Shown here piece by piece: positions 23,046-36,620 of a stretch of 64,000 nucleotides of DNA. Origin of the DNA: Octopus vulgaris (Eukaryota); contig OX597820.1 of assembly GCA_951406725.2 (NCBI GenBank), forward strand, positions 37,200,001 through 37,264,000, written 5' to 3'. A program made the translations under genes and the position numbers. The stretch's first letter is position 1. Each line of letters starts with the position of its first letter. The notes under the pieces were generated by a model. That model was not told the DNA's origin and ran no database searches. It saw only the letters and a program-made list of their open reading frames with translations.

Positions 23046-23979
23046 GTAAGAAGAAATGTGTTACAGTATTATTAGAAAGAAAAATAAATAGAAAGAGATG
23101 TAACAGATTAAGAAATATGTGGATAGACAGCATCAATGAAGGGATAGAATTAATTAGTGATGTGAATGTAAGAATGGTATGAGATGGGACCAAATGGATT
23201 CCTATGATAGTTGACATAAGTCTGACTACATAACTCACTACAGATATTACTTAATATCAATGTAGTTTTTGAATAACTTTGGAGTTTTCATGTCACATCG
23301 GTGGCTAATAAAATTGTGAGGAGGACCATATCTCTGGTTGTGTTAATGTGTTCTTGTGCAGGCAAGATAGCTATATGCTACTAACTGCAACAGTTAGTCA
23401 TTGTTATGTCATCCTTAGATAATTTTATGTGTATATTGTAAGATGAAATAAGCCGTGCGTGTATAGGTAGAATACTAGTGAACAAGATTGAAAGCAAATG
23501 ACCTACAACACAACATCTACAACTGTTTATTTCATTAAATCAGTGGAATATTCAAAATATTTTAGTTCTCTTTGGATAGATTACAAAATATCAAGGAAGA
23601 ATATAGACAATTATAAGCTAATTCAATACATAGTAAGGCATATATCTCACCAGTGTTTTGATATGACAGTTATATTATTGGTTTATATTAGAGGTAGTAT
23701 AACATGGAACTGGCATTCGGAGATAAGACATATCTAACTTTTTAATAAATTTATTACAATAACATTGTGTGTTAACTCTATCTAGGTTTGTTATTCATGG
23801 AGTTGGTATTGTAATTGTTTCCATTCAACAGTTTCTCCAGTTTCATTGTGAACATTCTTGACAAAACATACCAGTATTGTCTTCTTGCTCATATATTGTT
23901 GTGAAATATTAGCTTATACAATTTGTGTTGGTTGACTTTACCTTCTAGTTAAACATCTATGTAGTTTAATTTTATTACA

Positions 23980-24142
23980 GCACCCACTACACTCTCGGAG
24001 TGGTTGGCGTTAGGAAGGGCATCCAGCTGTAGAAACTCTGCCAGATCAAGACTGGAGCTTGGTGCAGCCATCTGTTTCACCAGCCCACAGTCAAACCGTC
24101 CAACCCATCCTAGCATGGAAAGCAGACATTAAACGATGATGA
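23980..24142 (+). mobile_element. RTE/SINE 3'-tail fragment
   Basis: GCACCCACTACACTCTCGGAGTGGTTGGCGTTAGGAAGGGCATCC...ACGATGATG. Confidence 0.85.
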
Positions 24143-24280
24143 GTCTCTAATTGTTAACATAATAAAGATGTTTATTATTACCTATGTTCAGTATTAGCTT
24201 ACAGTCAGTGTTGATTTTGAAGTTAGAATTCATCATCTTCCTTGAACATCTGTTTTCCATTCTGGCATGTCTACACTTAA

Positions 24281-24500
24281 CCCTTTAGTATTTAAACCGG
24301 CCATATCCGGCCGAAAGTATTCTACCTGTTTTATGTTCAAACTGGCCAGATCCAGGCTCTCACACCTACCCTACAATGTTATTCTACATTAAGTAATTAC
24401 ACCATCAAGATCTTGAAGATATGAGATAATGCATGATTAATTCAAATCAATGGGAATCAATAGGTATTATGTTTGATAGAATAATCTGAACACTAAAGGG
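24281..24500. mobile_element. piggyBac MITE (220 bp)
   Basis: TTAA|CCCTTTAG ... CTAAAGGG|TTAA. Confidence 0.85.
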
Positions 24501-25569
24501 TTAAACACATAATGTACATGTGTACATAGTGTTCTGTATATGTATGCATAGTTATTTGAAAGTTGGCTATATCTATCCGTGTATTTCTGTATCTGCCTGT
24601 ACATTCTCTATGCTGCTGCTGTTGTTTTGTTTTTTAGCAACATGAAATATTTGAACAAGATAGACAGAGAGTTCAAAATTTATATTTTATTACTGATGTG
24701 TTCAGACAGTTTCAGTTGTGTTCCAGACCATTTCTAAAGTGATCATGGGTAAAATATATGAAGTGTGTCAGCTCATGATATTTTAGGAAATTTTACTAGA
24801 TAAAGGAAATAAAAGTTAAATTTGTGTTTTTTCATCAGAAATTAATTATAACTCATGTCAAGAGTATGATATTGCTTTTTTAATCATGTCTTTTGATATC
24901 CACCTTTCCATGATTTGCATGGGTGTGACAAAATTCATTCAGGCAGATATCTACAGGTGGATGCTCTTTCTGTTGCCCATTTCCAAGCAAGATAATATTT
25001 CCCTGTAGCTGGGTATGTTTTCAATGATTGGAAATGAAGGACAAAGCATGTATGGCAATGACATTCCTTTACTATTAGCATGTAATGTCATGGTTAGGAG
25101 ACATAAACACACCCTCCACAAACACACACACATATCATCATCACTTTAATAGCCACTTTTCCATGCTTCCACGTGTTGGATGGAATTTGTTTATGTGGAT
25201 TTTCTTTGGTATGATGCCCTACATGTCATCTGTTTCCAGTATAATATCTCTCTATGTCCAAACGTCTCAAGCGACAATTGGAAATGGACATTGCTTGACA
25301 GAAGGGTCAAGCGCTTTTGTGTTAAATATGCATTCCATGTTGCCATTTGGGTTGTGTCAGCTGGTTGCCTTGTTGAGCTGGTGTATTTGCCAAATGTAAA
25401 GCTCTGCATTAATTGTGCAGTTGTTTTCAAGCATTAATCGATTAGCCCAATCTCATCAAGCGTAAATTATTGTCTATCATGGATGCAGTTCTCTCTTCAC
25501 TTGAGGGTTTGCTTGCTTGTCAGAATCCGGCCATTTTGATATATATCTTTATTGGCAATTCTAACAGAC

Positions 25570-28500
25570 CAAGCCTGCTATAAAAAAGAACCAAGACACC
25601 TGGAAAAAAAACAATAGTGAATAAAATCTGAACATGAATGAACAAATGCAAAGAATATTTCACAGACAAGGAAAAAGACTTCCTATGCTACTCTGTAATT
25701 AATGAGAGCAATTTCTATAGATTACCCAATATCCACAAAAGCTCAAAAATAGAAGAAGCCATATATGAAGAGAGGAACCAGTACATAAAAATACTAAAAC
25801 CTACTGACCTTAAATAAAGACCAATAGTTGCTGGGCTTCAAGCCCAAACACAACAGCTGAGTCATCTTTTGGATATACTCTTCAAACCTTTATACTCATT
25901 AATACCCAACTATATATGAGATGACATGGATTTCCTCAAACACATTCCACCCACTGTCCCAGAAGATACTATACTTACTAGCTTTGACATCGCACATTTA
26001 TACTAATATATCTCACACTTTGGGCCTGGAAGCAGTCAAATACGAGGTAGAAAAACAGAGGGCGGGTTGACAAACACTTCAAAACAGACTTCATTACTAA
26101 GGCCACACTCCTGGTACTAGAATAGAACACTTTTAGCTTTGATAATAAAATATATCGAGAGATAAAGTGCACTGCTTTGGGGATGAATTTTACACCCTCA
26201 TATGCTCACCTAGTCATGGGTTTCTTAGAAGAAAACCTTTACGAGAAAGTAGAGAAAGCTTTTAATCATAATATCAAGAAATATGTTATTGAAAAGTGGA
26301 TGCACTTCCTCGATGACTGCTTGAATGTTGGGGGACAAATCAGATGATGATCTACAAATATTTAATAACATCCTCAATATACTTCATCCATCTATCAAAT
26401 TCACAACAGAAACCAGTCATAATGAATTACCATTCCTAGACATTCACATAAAAATTCATGACTCCACAATCACAACAGACATGTTACAAAAAATCGGTTG
26501 CACACCAACGCTGAACTTTTCTTTTCATCCTTCACTGATTAAAAAGAACATTCCATAGAGTATGGCAAGATGTATCTGTACTATAGTAATTGATCCAAAA
26601 ATATGTCAAATCCGATTTGATGAACTGAAAGGCTTCCTGAAAAACAGAGTTGTCCCTTAAAACTAATAAATGATGGAATTATAAAGTCAACGAAGCTTGA
26701 TATCACACAACTCAGGACATCAAAGAAAAAATGAAAGAACATACTATTCCATTTATTAATACATAATTCTGGAGCAACCAATAATTTTCACACTATAAAA
26801 ACAAACCAACCATTACTACTATAAAGTTCCAAAATGAAAAATCTGGTTGATAAGAACTTCATATGCCAGCCAAAAGATCTTAAAAGGCATCTCACAAGGG
26901 CAAAATTTATATCAGAGTGAATCACAGTTCCCTTTAAAGGAATCTTGAGATAGTGGATGTGGAACATGTAACACCAGCAACTATTTAGACTGGTTCCCAT
27001 ATAAACTTCAGGAGTGGATTCTTGTTCGATGTATATGGACATATGAACTGCAAGACACAGAATCTCATATATTGCATTACTTATTCAAACTGCAAGGAGA
27101 ATTATATTGATGGAGCCAACACACAAAAATCCACAAACAGCACATTCAACAAGAGAAACTACACAAAATTCCACTGAGTAAGCATCTGAAAATACATGGA
27201 GGAGGAAAATTCAAGATCTTCCCCTTCTACAAATATTCAATGGATGATCGAAATTCCAAAAGGCAATGGAACCGCATTTTATAAAAAAATTCTCACCAAA
27301 ACTAAACGTTTGAAAGAAAAGCAAAGACAATATGCATGGATACTCTGTCAAATGGAACAAATTATGAACACTGTATGTACAGCTTATACAGGTACTGTAT
27401 TTAACTAACCTTCCTGAAAAATATGATTGGAGTGAAATAATGTGAGTACTTGAATACACAAGTTTGGCCATCTCCAAACATATTTTGTATGAAATCAATC
27501 AACATTGGAGTGAATGTATGATTTTCTTATAAATTGGACTTAGGACTTTTTCGATCTGTTCCATATTTTATAATTGTGACTGTACTTACTTAAGAATCAC
27601 TTTTACAATCAACTTACTCCTTCATAGCATAGAAAATATACATACATATACATTTGTAATGGTGCAACAGGGTGTATATATATGTATATGTATGTATATG
27701 CCTATCTATGCCTGTATGTGCGTGTTTGATCATATGTATATATATATATGTAAATGTATGTGTATTTATGTATATATACAATATGTATAAATGTATAGCC
27801 ATATTACTTTACATGTAGGTGTGTACACGTGTGAGTGAATATATATATATATATATATATATATCTTTACAAACATATTACTATGTATGTAAGAGAATGA
27901 GAGAAAGAAAGAAGAAGAAAAAAAGCGATACTTGAGGTGAATCGTGTGTATGTATATGAATGTTTGCAGACATGTAAATATATATATATATATATATATG
28001 AGGCAAAGGCAGAGGGAACGAGAGGTACATGCTTTCGAAACCAATAACTAAATAAAAATCGACTTCTAGAATTGTAATTAAACTTCAACAGACAGACCAC
28101 ATAAATACAATTAAAAAGACTCCTTTTCCTGTCTTTCTTTCATCACTTGCATTTTTTGTTTTTTTCTCTCTCACTTTCTCTCCTGTTCCCCTCCATATCT
28201 CTATTTTTTCTCCTTTTGTAATAAAAACAAAACTGACTCCACTCACTTTTTATCTCATTCCCCTCTCCTCACCCTCTATATATAAAGCAAGAAACTTTCT
28301 TTACAAATGATTTTGAAAAATGATCGTGAATGGGTGAAAGTGCTAAAAATAGAGAATTATCCAAAATTCTCACTGCTTCCTTTTTCTTATATATATATTT
28401 GAAATTTTTTACTTATATCTCTTTATCTTTTTACTATTACTGTATACCTCATTTCATTTTATATATTGCCTTTACTCATATGTAATGGTGTATTAAAGTA

Positions 28501-28570
28501 TGGATTGAGTATCATCGGATAGTTGATGTTTTACTGATTTAAGTATGTTTCTCCATTCTCTAATTTTGTA
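25570..28570 (+). mobile_element. Degenerate Penelope-like element (RT + GIY-YIG) with microsatellite-rich 3' part
   Basis: Broken motifs FYRLPNIHK, RPIVAG, LTSFDI..LYTNI, PSYAHLVMGFLEE, FLDDC, HPSIKFT..ELPFLDI and MNCKTQNLIYCI..CKENYI. The 3' boundary is uncertain. Confidence 0.85.
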
Positions 28571-28609
28571 GTATATATATATATATATATATTTATTTAT
28601 ATATATATA

Positions 28610-28672
<63 letters not shown>
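28571..28672. repeat. (TA)n microsatellite
   Basis: Long TA run with TTTA interruptions. Confidence 0.95.
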
Positions 28673-28674
<2 letters not shown>

Positions 28675-28689
28675 GTGTGTATGTCTGTT

Positions 28690-30092
28690 GTGGGTACATT
28701 TTACATTCCGCTGGGACTAGCATTGACCATATTCGGATGGTACTTTTTACATGTCGCTGGCACGGGGAGCCAGTAAGGCACCACTGGCATTGACCCACAC
28801 TCAAATGCTGCTTATTACATTCCACCAGCATGAGTGCTAGTCAGGCAGCACAGCCTCAACTGTGATTTCAATTTCACTTGACTCAACAGGTCTTCTCAAG
28901 CACATCATATCGCCTGACAATTCAAGGGTACTTTTAAATGGGCCAGTTATGCAACACTGGCATCAGCCATGGCTGCGATCTCACTTTACTTGCTGGGTCT
29001 TCTCAATCACAGCATATCTCCAAAGGTCACGGTCTCTTATCATTGCCTCTGTGAGTCCCAATGTTCAAAGGTCGTGCTTCACCACCTCATCCGATGTTTT
29101 CTTGGATCTACCCCTTGCACAGAGTCCTTCCACTGTTAGGTTGTGACACTTCTTCACACAGTTGTCCTCATCCAAAAGCAATACATGACCATATCAGCAC
29201 AGTCGTCTCTCTTGCACACCACATCTGGTGCTTCTTGTGTCCAACTTTTCTCTCAGGGAGCTCACACTCTGTTGTGTTGACATTACACATTCAGTGGATC
29301 AGACTAGCTTCTTTTCTTTCAAGCCTATGCATGTCCTCAGCAGTCATGGCCCATGTTTCACTGCCGTGTAGCATGGCCATTTGCACAAATGCATCATACA
29401 GTCTACCTTTTACTCTGATCAAGAGGCTCTTTGTTGCCAGCAGAAGTAGGAGCTTTCTAAACTTTGCCCAGGCTATTATTTTAGCAGCTATGCTCTTAGA
29501 GAATCCACCCCAACTACAGACTTGGTCACCTATGTGGTGGAAGCTATCATTTACACGTTTTTCCCCTTGGCTTGTGATGGAATCTGTTTTCTGTACATTT
29601 TCGGTATTTATTGCCCCTGTAATATTCCACACACAACAACTATCTTCCTGGTTAACCTTCTTTTGATATTGCTGCATCTCTTACATGTCCCTAGCTTATA
29701 CCAGGTACATCTTATGGAGTTTCTACATACACCTTTTCTACAGGTTGAGCAGGGCCATCTACTTGAAGGGATTTGTGATTTGTCTGCCTTCCTACTTACT
29801 AGGGCTTTGGTTTTTGCAACATTGACTCTAAGGCCCTTCGATTCTAGATCTTGCTTCCACACCTGAAACTTCATCTTTAGTTCTGGTAGTGACTCAGCTA
29901 TTAGAACAAGGTCATCAGCATAGAGGAGCAGCCTGTCTTGAATTCCTCTGTCATTGCCTCGAAGACTATGATGAATAAGAAGGGGCTGAGGACTGATCCT
30001 TGTTGAACCCCTACTTCTACCCAGAATTCTCACTATACTCATTGCCAACCCTCACTTTACTGACAGCATCCCTGTACATGGCTTGTACAGTT
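28690..30092 (-). mobile_element. RTE LINE, older, frameshifted
   Basis: LLYADD, PHD-like WPCSTCRKG..., AMLHGSETW fragments. Confidence 0.9.
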
Positions 30093-30254
30093 CTTAAACA
30101 AATAAGAACGGTATCAGACGGTCCTCTGAGATATGTGAAAAACAACAGCAAAATCGCCCTTAACTTTTTTCTATAGTGAAACCATATTTATGAATTTGTT
30201 TCTCTTACAACGATTATGGGATTTTTTTAAAAGCCTTTTTCTATTACTCAAGAA

Positions 30255-30789
30255 GGATCTTTACCTTTTGACCTACAGATTTAAAAAATAATTTTTTGTA
30301 TCTAAACTTTCAAACTTCGGACACTGGTAGAATGTGTCATATAAAACATCTTTTACTCTTAACATTTTTGAGAAAAACTTATATTTACGAAGTAATTTCG
30401 CGTTAAAGTAGTCCTATTTCGGTAATTTCAACCAATCAACGGTGTATTTTTCATTTGTCACTGTTATTTATGACATCGTTCGTGTTAGTACTGGTTTTAG
30501 CTTTAAGGTTTTTAGGGTTAGTGTGGCAAACGAAAAATACACCGCCAGAAGTTCTTGTTGATAAACAACGGCAGTAATTTTATTCAGCTGAATACACGTC
30601 ATTGATTGGTTGAAATTACTGAAATAGGACTACTTTAACGTGAAATTACTTCGTAAACATAAGTTTTTCTCAAAAAATGCTAAGAGTAAAAGATGTTTTA
30701 TATGACACATTCTACCAGTGTCCGAAGTTTGAAAGTGTTTAGTTACAAAAAATTAATTTTTAAATCTGTAGGTCAAAAGGTAAAGATAC
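30255..30789. mobile_element. Fold-back MITE with arms of about 200 bp, upstream of the ZNF4 promoter
   Basis: GGATCTTTACCTTTTGACCTACAG... / ...CTGTAGGTCAAAAGGTAAAGATAC; telomere-like TTAGGGTTAG in the loop; TSD only partly preserved. Confidence 0.85.
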
Positions 30790-31517
30790 TTTAAAAAAAA
30801 AAAAAATGAATCTAAGTCTTTTTCAAACTTTTTTTCCATTATACTCAAGCAAAAAATAATTTATGAATTTCTTTCTCTTCGAAAGTCCTCTCTCCATCCC
30901 TCGGAAAAGATATTCTCCACAAATTTCATTAAAAAAACCCTTTTCCTAAAAGTTACGAGGGAAAAACTCGGATCTTGTTAATTTTCTGAGTCCTCTTCCC
31001 ACCCCCGATTGGTTTGAGCGCATTTTTGTTTTCATATTCGTTCCATACACATTTTGTTTTACACCTGTTGCACTATTTTTTGTTTTCGTTTCCGAGTAAT
31101 ATCGTAAACATTAACCGAAAATTTTGCCATAAGACACCCTGTCTAAAAATAACTTGAGATGGTCATGTCAATACGCATCTGGAACACTCAAGGTTGCTAC
31201 ATCGTTGAGGATGTCTCAAAATTTAAGACTTCCATCACACAGACTGGAATTACTCTTCAGACTGAGACAGTATTTCCACGCTAACTTTAGAAAACTCAGT
31301 TGGGTCCCAAAATAATGTACTGCTGTCACACCTTTGCATCCCACCCCTAATCTCAAGTCGGCCGCCAAACTTCAGAGCTTTTCCGGCTCTATTCATCTAG
31401 TCATCCATTTTCTCTACATTAGTATAACTGCACCATTATTCACTTCACTCAGTTCGTCTTCCTGAAAAAGCCAACCCACTTCAATTGCTCATAGATCTGA
31501 ACGAAATCGTTGCCGTG

Positions 31518-31845
31518 TAACAAGATATTTATAAAAACTCTCTATTGATAAAAGGTAGTTTTATTCCTATGCAATCAAGGACATTTCCGGTTTATTCTTG
31601 ATTTTGCTGTGTTCGTTTATATTGTAGATATATTATTATTTCTTTACATATATTTACACTGTGTTAGTAATAATTAAGTACTGCTTGTAATTAACTTAAG
31701 AGATAATTCTTTAACCAGACTAAGACAATAGAGATATCCTGTATGAAGTAAAAAGTTCTGTCCAATCTGTCAATGCCTTCATCAATTTTATGTCTCACTT
31801 CTTCAATACCTTTCTCATTATCTCATCTCATAACTACATTTTTAT
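31518..31845 (+). promoter_or_regulatory. Putative promoter and exon 1 of ZNF4
   Basis: CATTTCCGGT at 31582-31591 and donor GTAAGT at 31846; paralogous block. Confidence 0.6.
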
Positions 31846-33032
31846 GTAAGTATCATTTATATTTAATTTACACATTATTTTATCGAAAAATCTCTTTTGC
31901 ATTTACATTTCTACTTCCTCCACTTCTTCTGTTCCCTACAAGATCCTATTTTCTTTTATCTCTTCACATTTACTTCTCTCTCGTGTATTTCATCGGTCAA
32001 TATAAAGACCTTCACCCGGGAACAAAAAAATAAATAATAATAATAAACCTGCATGGCGGGTGTTAACAAAGTGTGTGGAAAACGAATATGGAAAAAAATG
32101 CACGCTTTCGACCCTGGGGATGAGGATGGGATTTTCGGAAATTTCACAAGATCATTTCATCTAAACATCGTAATCTAAATTTCAGGAAATTTGTAATTTC
32201 GTTCAGCCTCCCTGTTTATTATTTTTGTTCCATATTTTCTCCCTCATCCACTCCATCTATTTTTTTTTTTTTTTGTTCCCTCTTTGTTTCTTGGAAGCAG
32301 CATTTAACGAAGGAATGCCAACCATACTTGAAAAGTTGTATGTGGCCCATATCTACCCGCCCTCATCTTTTGTTAGCAACTAAACGAGTCAGATTAAACG
32401 TTTGGCTAGTACTTCCTTGATTGTTGAAATTTTTCAAGACACAGTCGCCCTTTCTATGCCCAATGTGTTTTCTTATATTTGGCACTGCCAGGCCCAATTT
32501 TATTGAGATGCAACGATCTTGATTGAGGAAATTTCTCAGGTAAAGAAGCAACCGAAGAGTAGAATAAGCAGTGCTGTCTTTGTTGAATGAGAAGTGTTCG
32601 TAGTGAGCAGTAAAACTTCCAAATGTTTCTCTTGCCATGTTTTTACCCTTTTGCTTGTTTCACTCATTTGACTACTGCCATGCTGTAGCGTGGCCTTGTA
32701 GTGATTAGTCGACCATATCGACCCCAACACTTATTTTAAAGTCTCATACTTATTCTGTTGCTGAACGGCTAAATTACGAATGTAACCAAACACCTGCTGT
32801 TGAGCAGTGGCGGGACAAACACATACACACACACACTCTTCAAAGCTTTATAGAACATACGCACGTTTCTGCACTTTGATTATGGGTATTGCGCGAATCG
32901 TTTGGATCGCTTACTCAGTATTTACAACAAAAATGAGCTCAAATCGTTTGGCAATGTGTTATACTTTCTGTCTAACTTATAAATTGTATAAATTATCACC
33001 AAATGTTTGCTACATAGATCACACAGAATATG

Positions 33033-34207
33033 GGCGGAGGTAAAGATCGTGGACCGCAGCCCCTTTGGGATTTAAAAATATTTTTGCTTTGTTTTACAGG
33101 AACACACACTATCGGGGGCGGAGATCCCGAATCTGCAAAAAAAAATCTACATTTGAAGATTTAAGCCCCCACCCCACCCCCAATTTCTTAAATTTCCATT
33201 AAAAAAAACTGGGGGTGGGGGCGAAATACGTGGAAAAACATGGAGATTATGATTCTGAAAAAAAAAATTTGTAAAATTTCAATTTAAAAAAAATAAATAA
33301 ACAGCCCCTCCGCCCTATGACAAGAAGTGAAATTAAAGTGTTTTCTCTACTGTTTCACTCATGCAAAAAGTATCTAAACAGAAAACCTGACTTGCTAGAA
33401 ACACGTTTTCAAAATTTTAATACGAATTAACCAAGGAAGAAAGCATTTCAAAACTTAAGCCCCCCACCTAATTTCTTCACTTTTCACTTATTTTAGAATT
33501 ATTTTTTTGGCGAAATACGTAGAAACATATGGAGATTATGATTCTAAACAAAATTGTTTGTAAAATTTCAATTTTTCAAAAAAAAACTCCCTCCCTCCAC
33601 CCTATGACAAAAAGAGAAATTTCTCCCGCCCCTTTTTTTCTTTGCCAGAGGGGCAAGGAATGAAAACGTGTTTTGGGGGTTTTCAAAATCTTCAATTTTT
33701 AAGTACGCACCAATTGGAAATTTGACAAGCTAGAAACAACAGCCAAACTAAGGATCAACTTTCTAAATACGAATTACCAAAAAAGAAAACAAATTTTTTA
33801 ATGTCATTTTGTTGTGTATGTGTGCAAAAGATCTAATCTTTACATGCCTCTCTTAATTCCAAAAGACCCTCAACCACAACATGTTGGATTATGTTCAACA
33901 TTAGTAGAGAAACCATTAATTTCTTGTCATAGGGCGGAGGGGAGGGGGTGTTTATTTTTTTTCGAAAAGTTGAAATTTTACAAATATCAATTATCTCAAA
34001 TATCATAATCTCCGTACTTTTCTATGTATCCTCCCCCTCCAAATTTTGTTTTAAAGTGAAAATTTAAGAAATAGTAGGCAGGTGGGACTAAAATTTTGTA
34101 ATGCTTTTTTTTTCTTCGGAAATTTGGAATCTCTGCCATCGATATACTGTGTTCCCGTAAAAAAAAAAATCCCAAAGTGGGTGCAGTCCATGATCTTTAC
34201 CTCTGCC
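33033..34207. mobile_element. MITE (Merlin-type ends) in ZNF4 intron 1
   Basis: TIR GGC(G/A)GAGGTAAAGATC; 8-bp TSD AGAATATG/AAAATATG; internal direct repeats. Confidence 0.8.
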
Positions 34208-34355
34208 AAAATATGCTGAATCAGATTTCGGGGCTAATGTAGTTTTGCACCTTTCCTTGAAAAATGCATTTCTTTGAAAAAACATTATTTGGATTCCTAC
34301 ATTTTAGGTGTCAGAGATTACGAATATGCAAAAGAAATTTTTTGACGAACAAATT

Positions 34356-34752
34356 GGCGCAGGAGTGGCTGTGTAGTAAGTAGCTTGCTAACCAATCACA
34401 TGGTTCCGGGTTCCGTCCCACTGTGTGGCATCTTGGGCAAGTGTCTTCTGCTATAGCCTCGGGCCGACCAAAGCCTTGTGAGTGGATTTGGTAGACGGAA
34501 ACTGAAAGAAGCCTGTCGTATATATGTATGTGTGTGTATATGTTTGTGTGTCTGTGTTTGTCCCTCTAGCATTGCTTGACAACCGATGCTGGTGTGTTTA
34601 TGTCCCCGTCACTTAGCGGTTCGGCAAAAGAGACTGATAGAATAAGTACTGGGCTTACAAAGAATAAGTCCTGGGGTCGATTTGCTCAACTAAAGGTGAT
34701 GCTCCAGTATGGCCGCAGTCAAGTGACTGAAACAAATAAAAAAAAAAAAGAG
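34356..34752 (+). mobile_element. Full-length tRNA-derived SINE (resembles octopus OK/OR-type families)
   Basis: 5' GGCGCAGGAGTGGCTGTGTAGTAAG A-box, GGTTCCGTCCC B-box-like, central (TG)n and A-rich tail. Degenerate copies at about 40340-40730, 42410-42800, 47845-47960 and 52550-52920(-). Confidence 0.8.
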
Positions 34753-34889
34753 TATATGCCAATCGAAATGAAATACAGACTAAAACATTAAAGTGAAAAG
34801 AATTAACGTTTTACTTGTGTTTGCTTTAAATAATTGTAATTAATAATTTAATGTAAATTAAATATACACCATTTTATGCCTGTGCTATT

Positions 34890-35248
34890 AGGGTACCAAG
34901 AACACCATCCGAGCATGATCATTGCCAGAGCAGCCAACTAGCTTCCATACCCTTGGCACATAAAAAGGGCACCATTCGAGCGTGATTGTTACCAACGTTG
35001 CTTCACTGGCACATGTAAAAAGATTCGAGCGAGGTCATTGCCAGTACCGCCTGACTGGCCCCCGTGCAGGTGGTACGTAAAAAGCACCCACTACACTCTC
35101 GGAGTGGTTGGCGTTAGGAGGGGCATCCAGCTGTAGAAACTCTGCCAGATCAAGACTGGAGCCTGATGCAGCCATCTGGTTGCCAGCCCTCAGTCAAAAT
35201 CGTCCAACCCATGCTAGCCTGGAAAACGGACGTTAAATGATGATGATG
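34890..35248 (+). mobile_element. RTE 3' UTR fragment
   Basis: Tandem GGCACRTAAAA..CGAGCG units followed by the shared tail and (TGA)n. Confidence 0.85.
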
Positions 35249-36232
35249 GTGACCATTTTATGAGAAACAAACATTAATGTTATAAAGTTTAATAAGGGGC
35301 TCAAATTTCACCCCCTCCCCCAATTTTCAATTTTGAACTTTTACATCCATTTATTTATTTATCTGTCTACCTATTTATCCCGGTGTGTTTATTCATCAAA
35401 TATATTTGCCCCAGGAAGACATATCTATCTATCTATCTCTTTATACACACATCTATATGCTTATTGAATTTTAAATTTTGAAAACATGGTTTCTTGCATA
35501 TTTGAAATATCTGTCATCTAAAACATAAGGAAAAAAAAATTTTCGAAAATGTTCAAAATTTTAAATGTTTTTTTTTTCTTTTTGCATACCATGGTGAGGC
35601 ATGTTTTTCATGGAAGACGTGAGATGAACTTCACTTGTATGAGAGTGATGCTTGTTTACAATCTTATAATCTCAAGAGAAGGGATGATACATAGACACTC
35701 ACATAAATATGCTACTGGCTTCTTTCAGTTTCCATTCACTTACCCAAAGGGTTGTGTAATAGTAAATCAAAGATGCCATGCAGTGGGAGTGAACCCAAGA
35801 CCACGTGGTTATGAAATAAACTTCTTAAGCACACAGCTATATACTGTTTGCCTTCCTGTATCAATGATTTGATTAAATACAACTGTGAAGTAATCTGTTT
35901 TGGATCTATAATAGTGTGGATAATAAGGAAGACGTGAGAACAAGTGATGTAGACTAAGGAGATCAACCAAAGTTTGGAATGAATGTAGAAATCATCTTTG
36001 TATCTATTGTGTTGTAGATATGTATTTTTGCTTGCTTGAATCAGGTGGAAAATTAGATTATTTTAGAATATTTTCAGACCAAACTATAACCAAACTAGTG
36101 TTTTCATGCCAAGATTCATATCATTGTGTCTTTTCCCTTTATATATATATGTTTTTACTGTTTCTAGTTATTCCAATAATCTTTATGTTAATACTTCATT
36201 GTCTCTAATTTTTTGTCGTCTTTCTATTTCAG

Positions 36233-36314
36233 GTTATCTGATGACGTTGAAATAAAAATATTTCACTGACGAGGAATAACCGTTTAAGACTAAAGATAAG
36301 TTAATCAAGCTGAG
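36233..36314 (+). other. Predicted non-coding exon 2 of ZNF4 (coding exon starts about 36563)
   Basis: TTTCAG|GTTATCTGATGAC acceptor; donor GAG|GTCAGT at 36315; AG|CCAAAATATC at 36562. Confidence 0.55.
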
Positions 36315-36620
36315 GTCAGTCCGTTTTGGCAGCTTTTGGATGAATGAATGTGAAAAACCTCCTTGGAATTGAGATTACTTGCAAACATTCTCACTTAGTT
36401 GTGTACTGGAAAATTCTATGTACAGTTAAACTTTGAAAATTTAATTGTCTTGGATATCTGGGTATATTTTCTTAACTGGAGCAAGTTTACTGAACCTTTA
36501 ATAAATGGTTATTAATTACTAGATTCAATCCTAATAATCTACTTGAAATCCTTTCTTATGAGCCAAAATATCATCACACTTTGTTGAAGATCATCATACA
36601 GATAAAATAGATTAATAGAT

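Noticed and set aside
28305-28352. Possible U3-A8 hammerhead relic (TTGAAAA..GAAAGTGCTA) in the PLE 3' region, and a weaker one near 24705-24780(-)
   Set aside because: Stems I and II pair too poorly to support a call.
34356-34430. tRNA-like sequence
   Set aside because: It is the head of a SINE; no complete cloverleaf.
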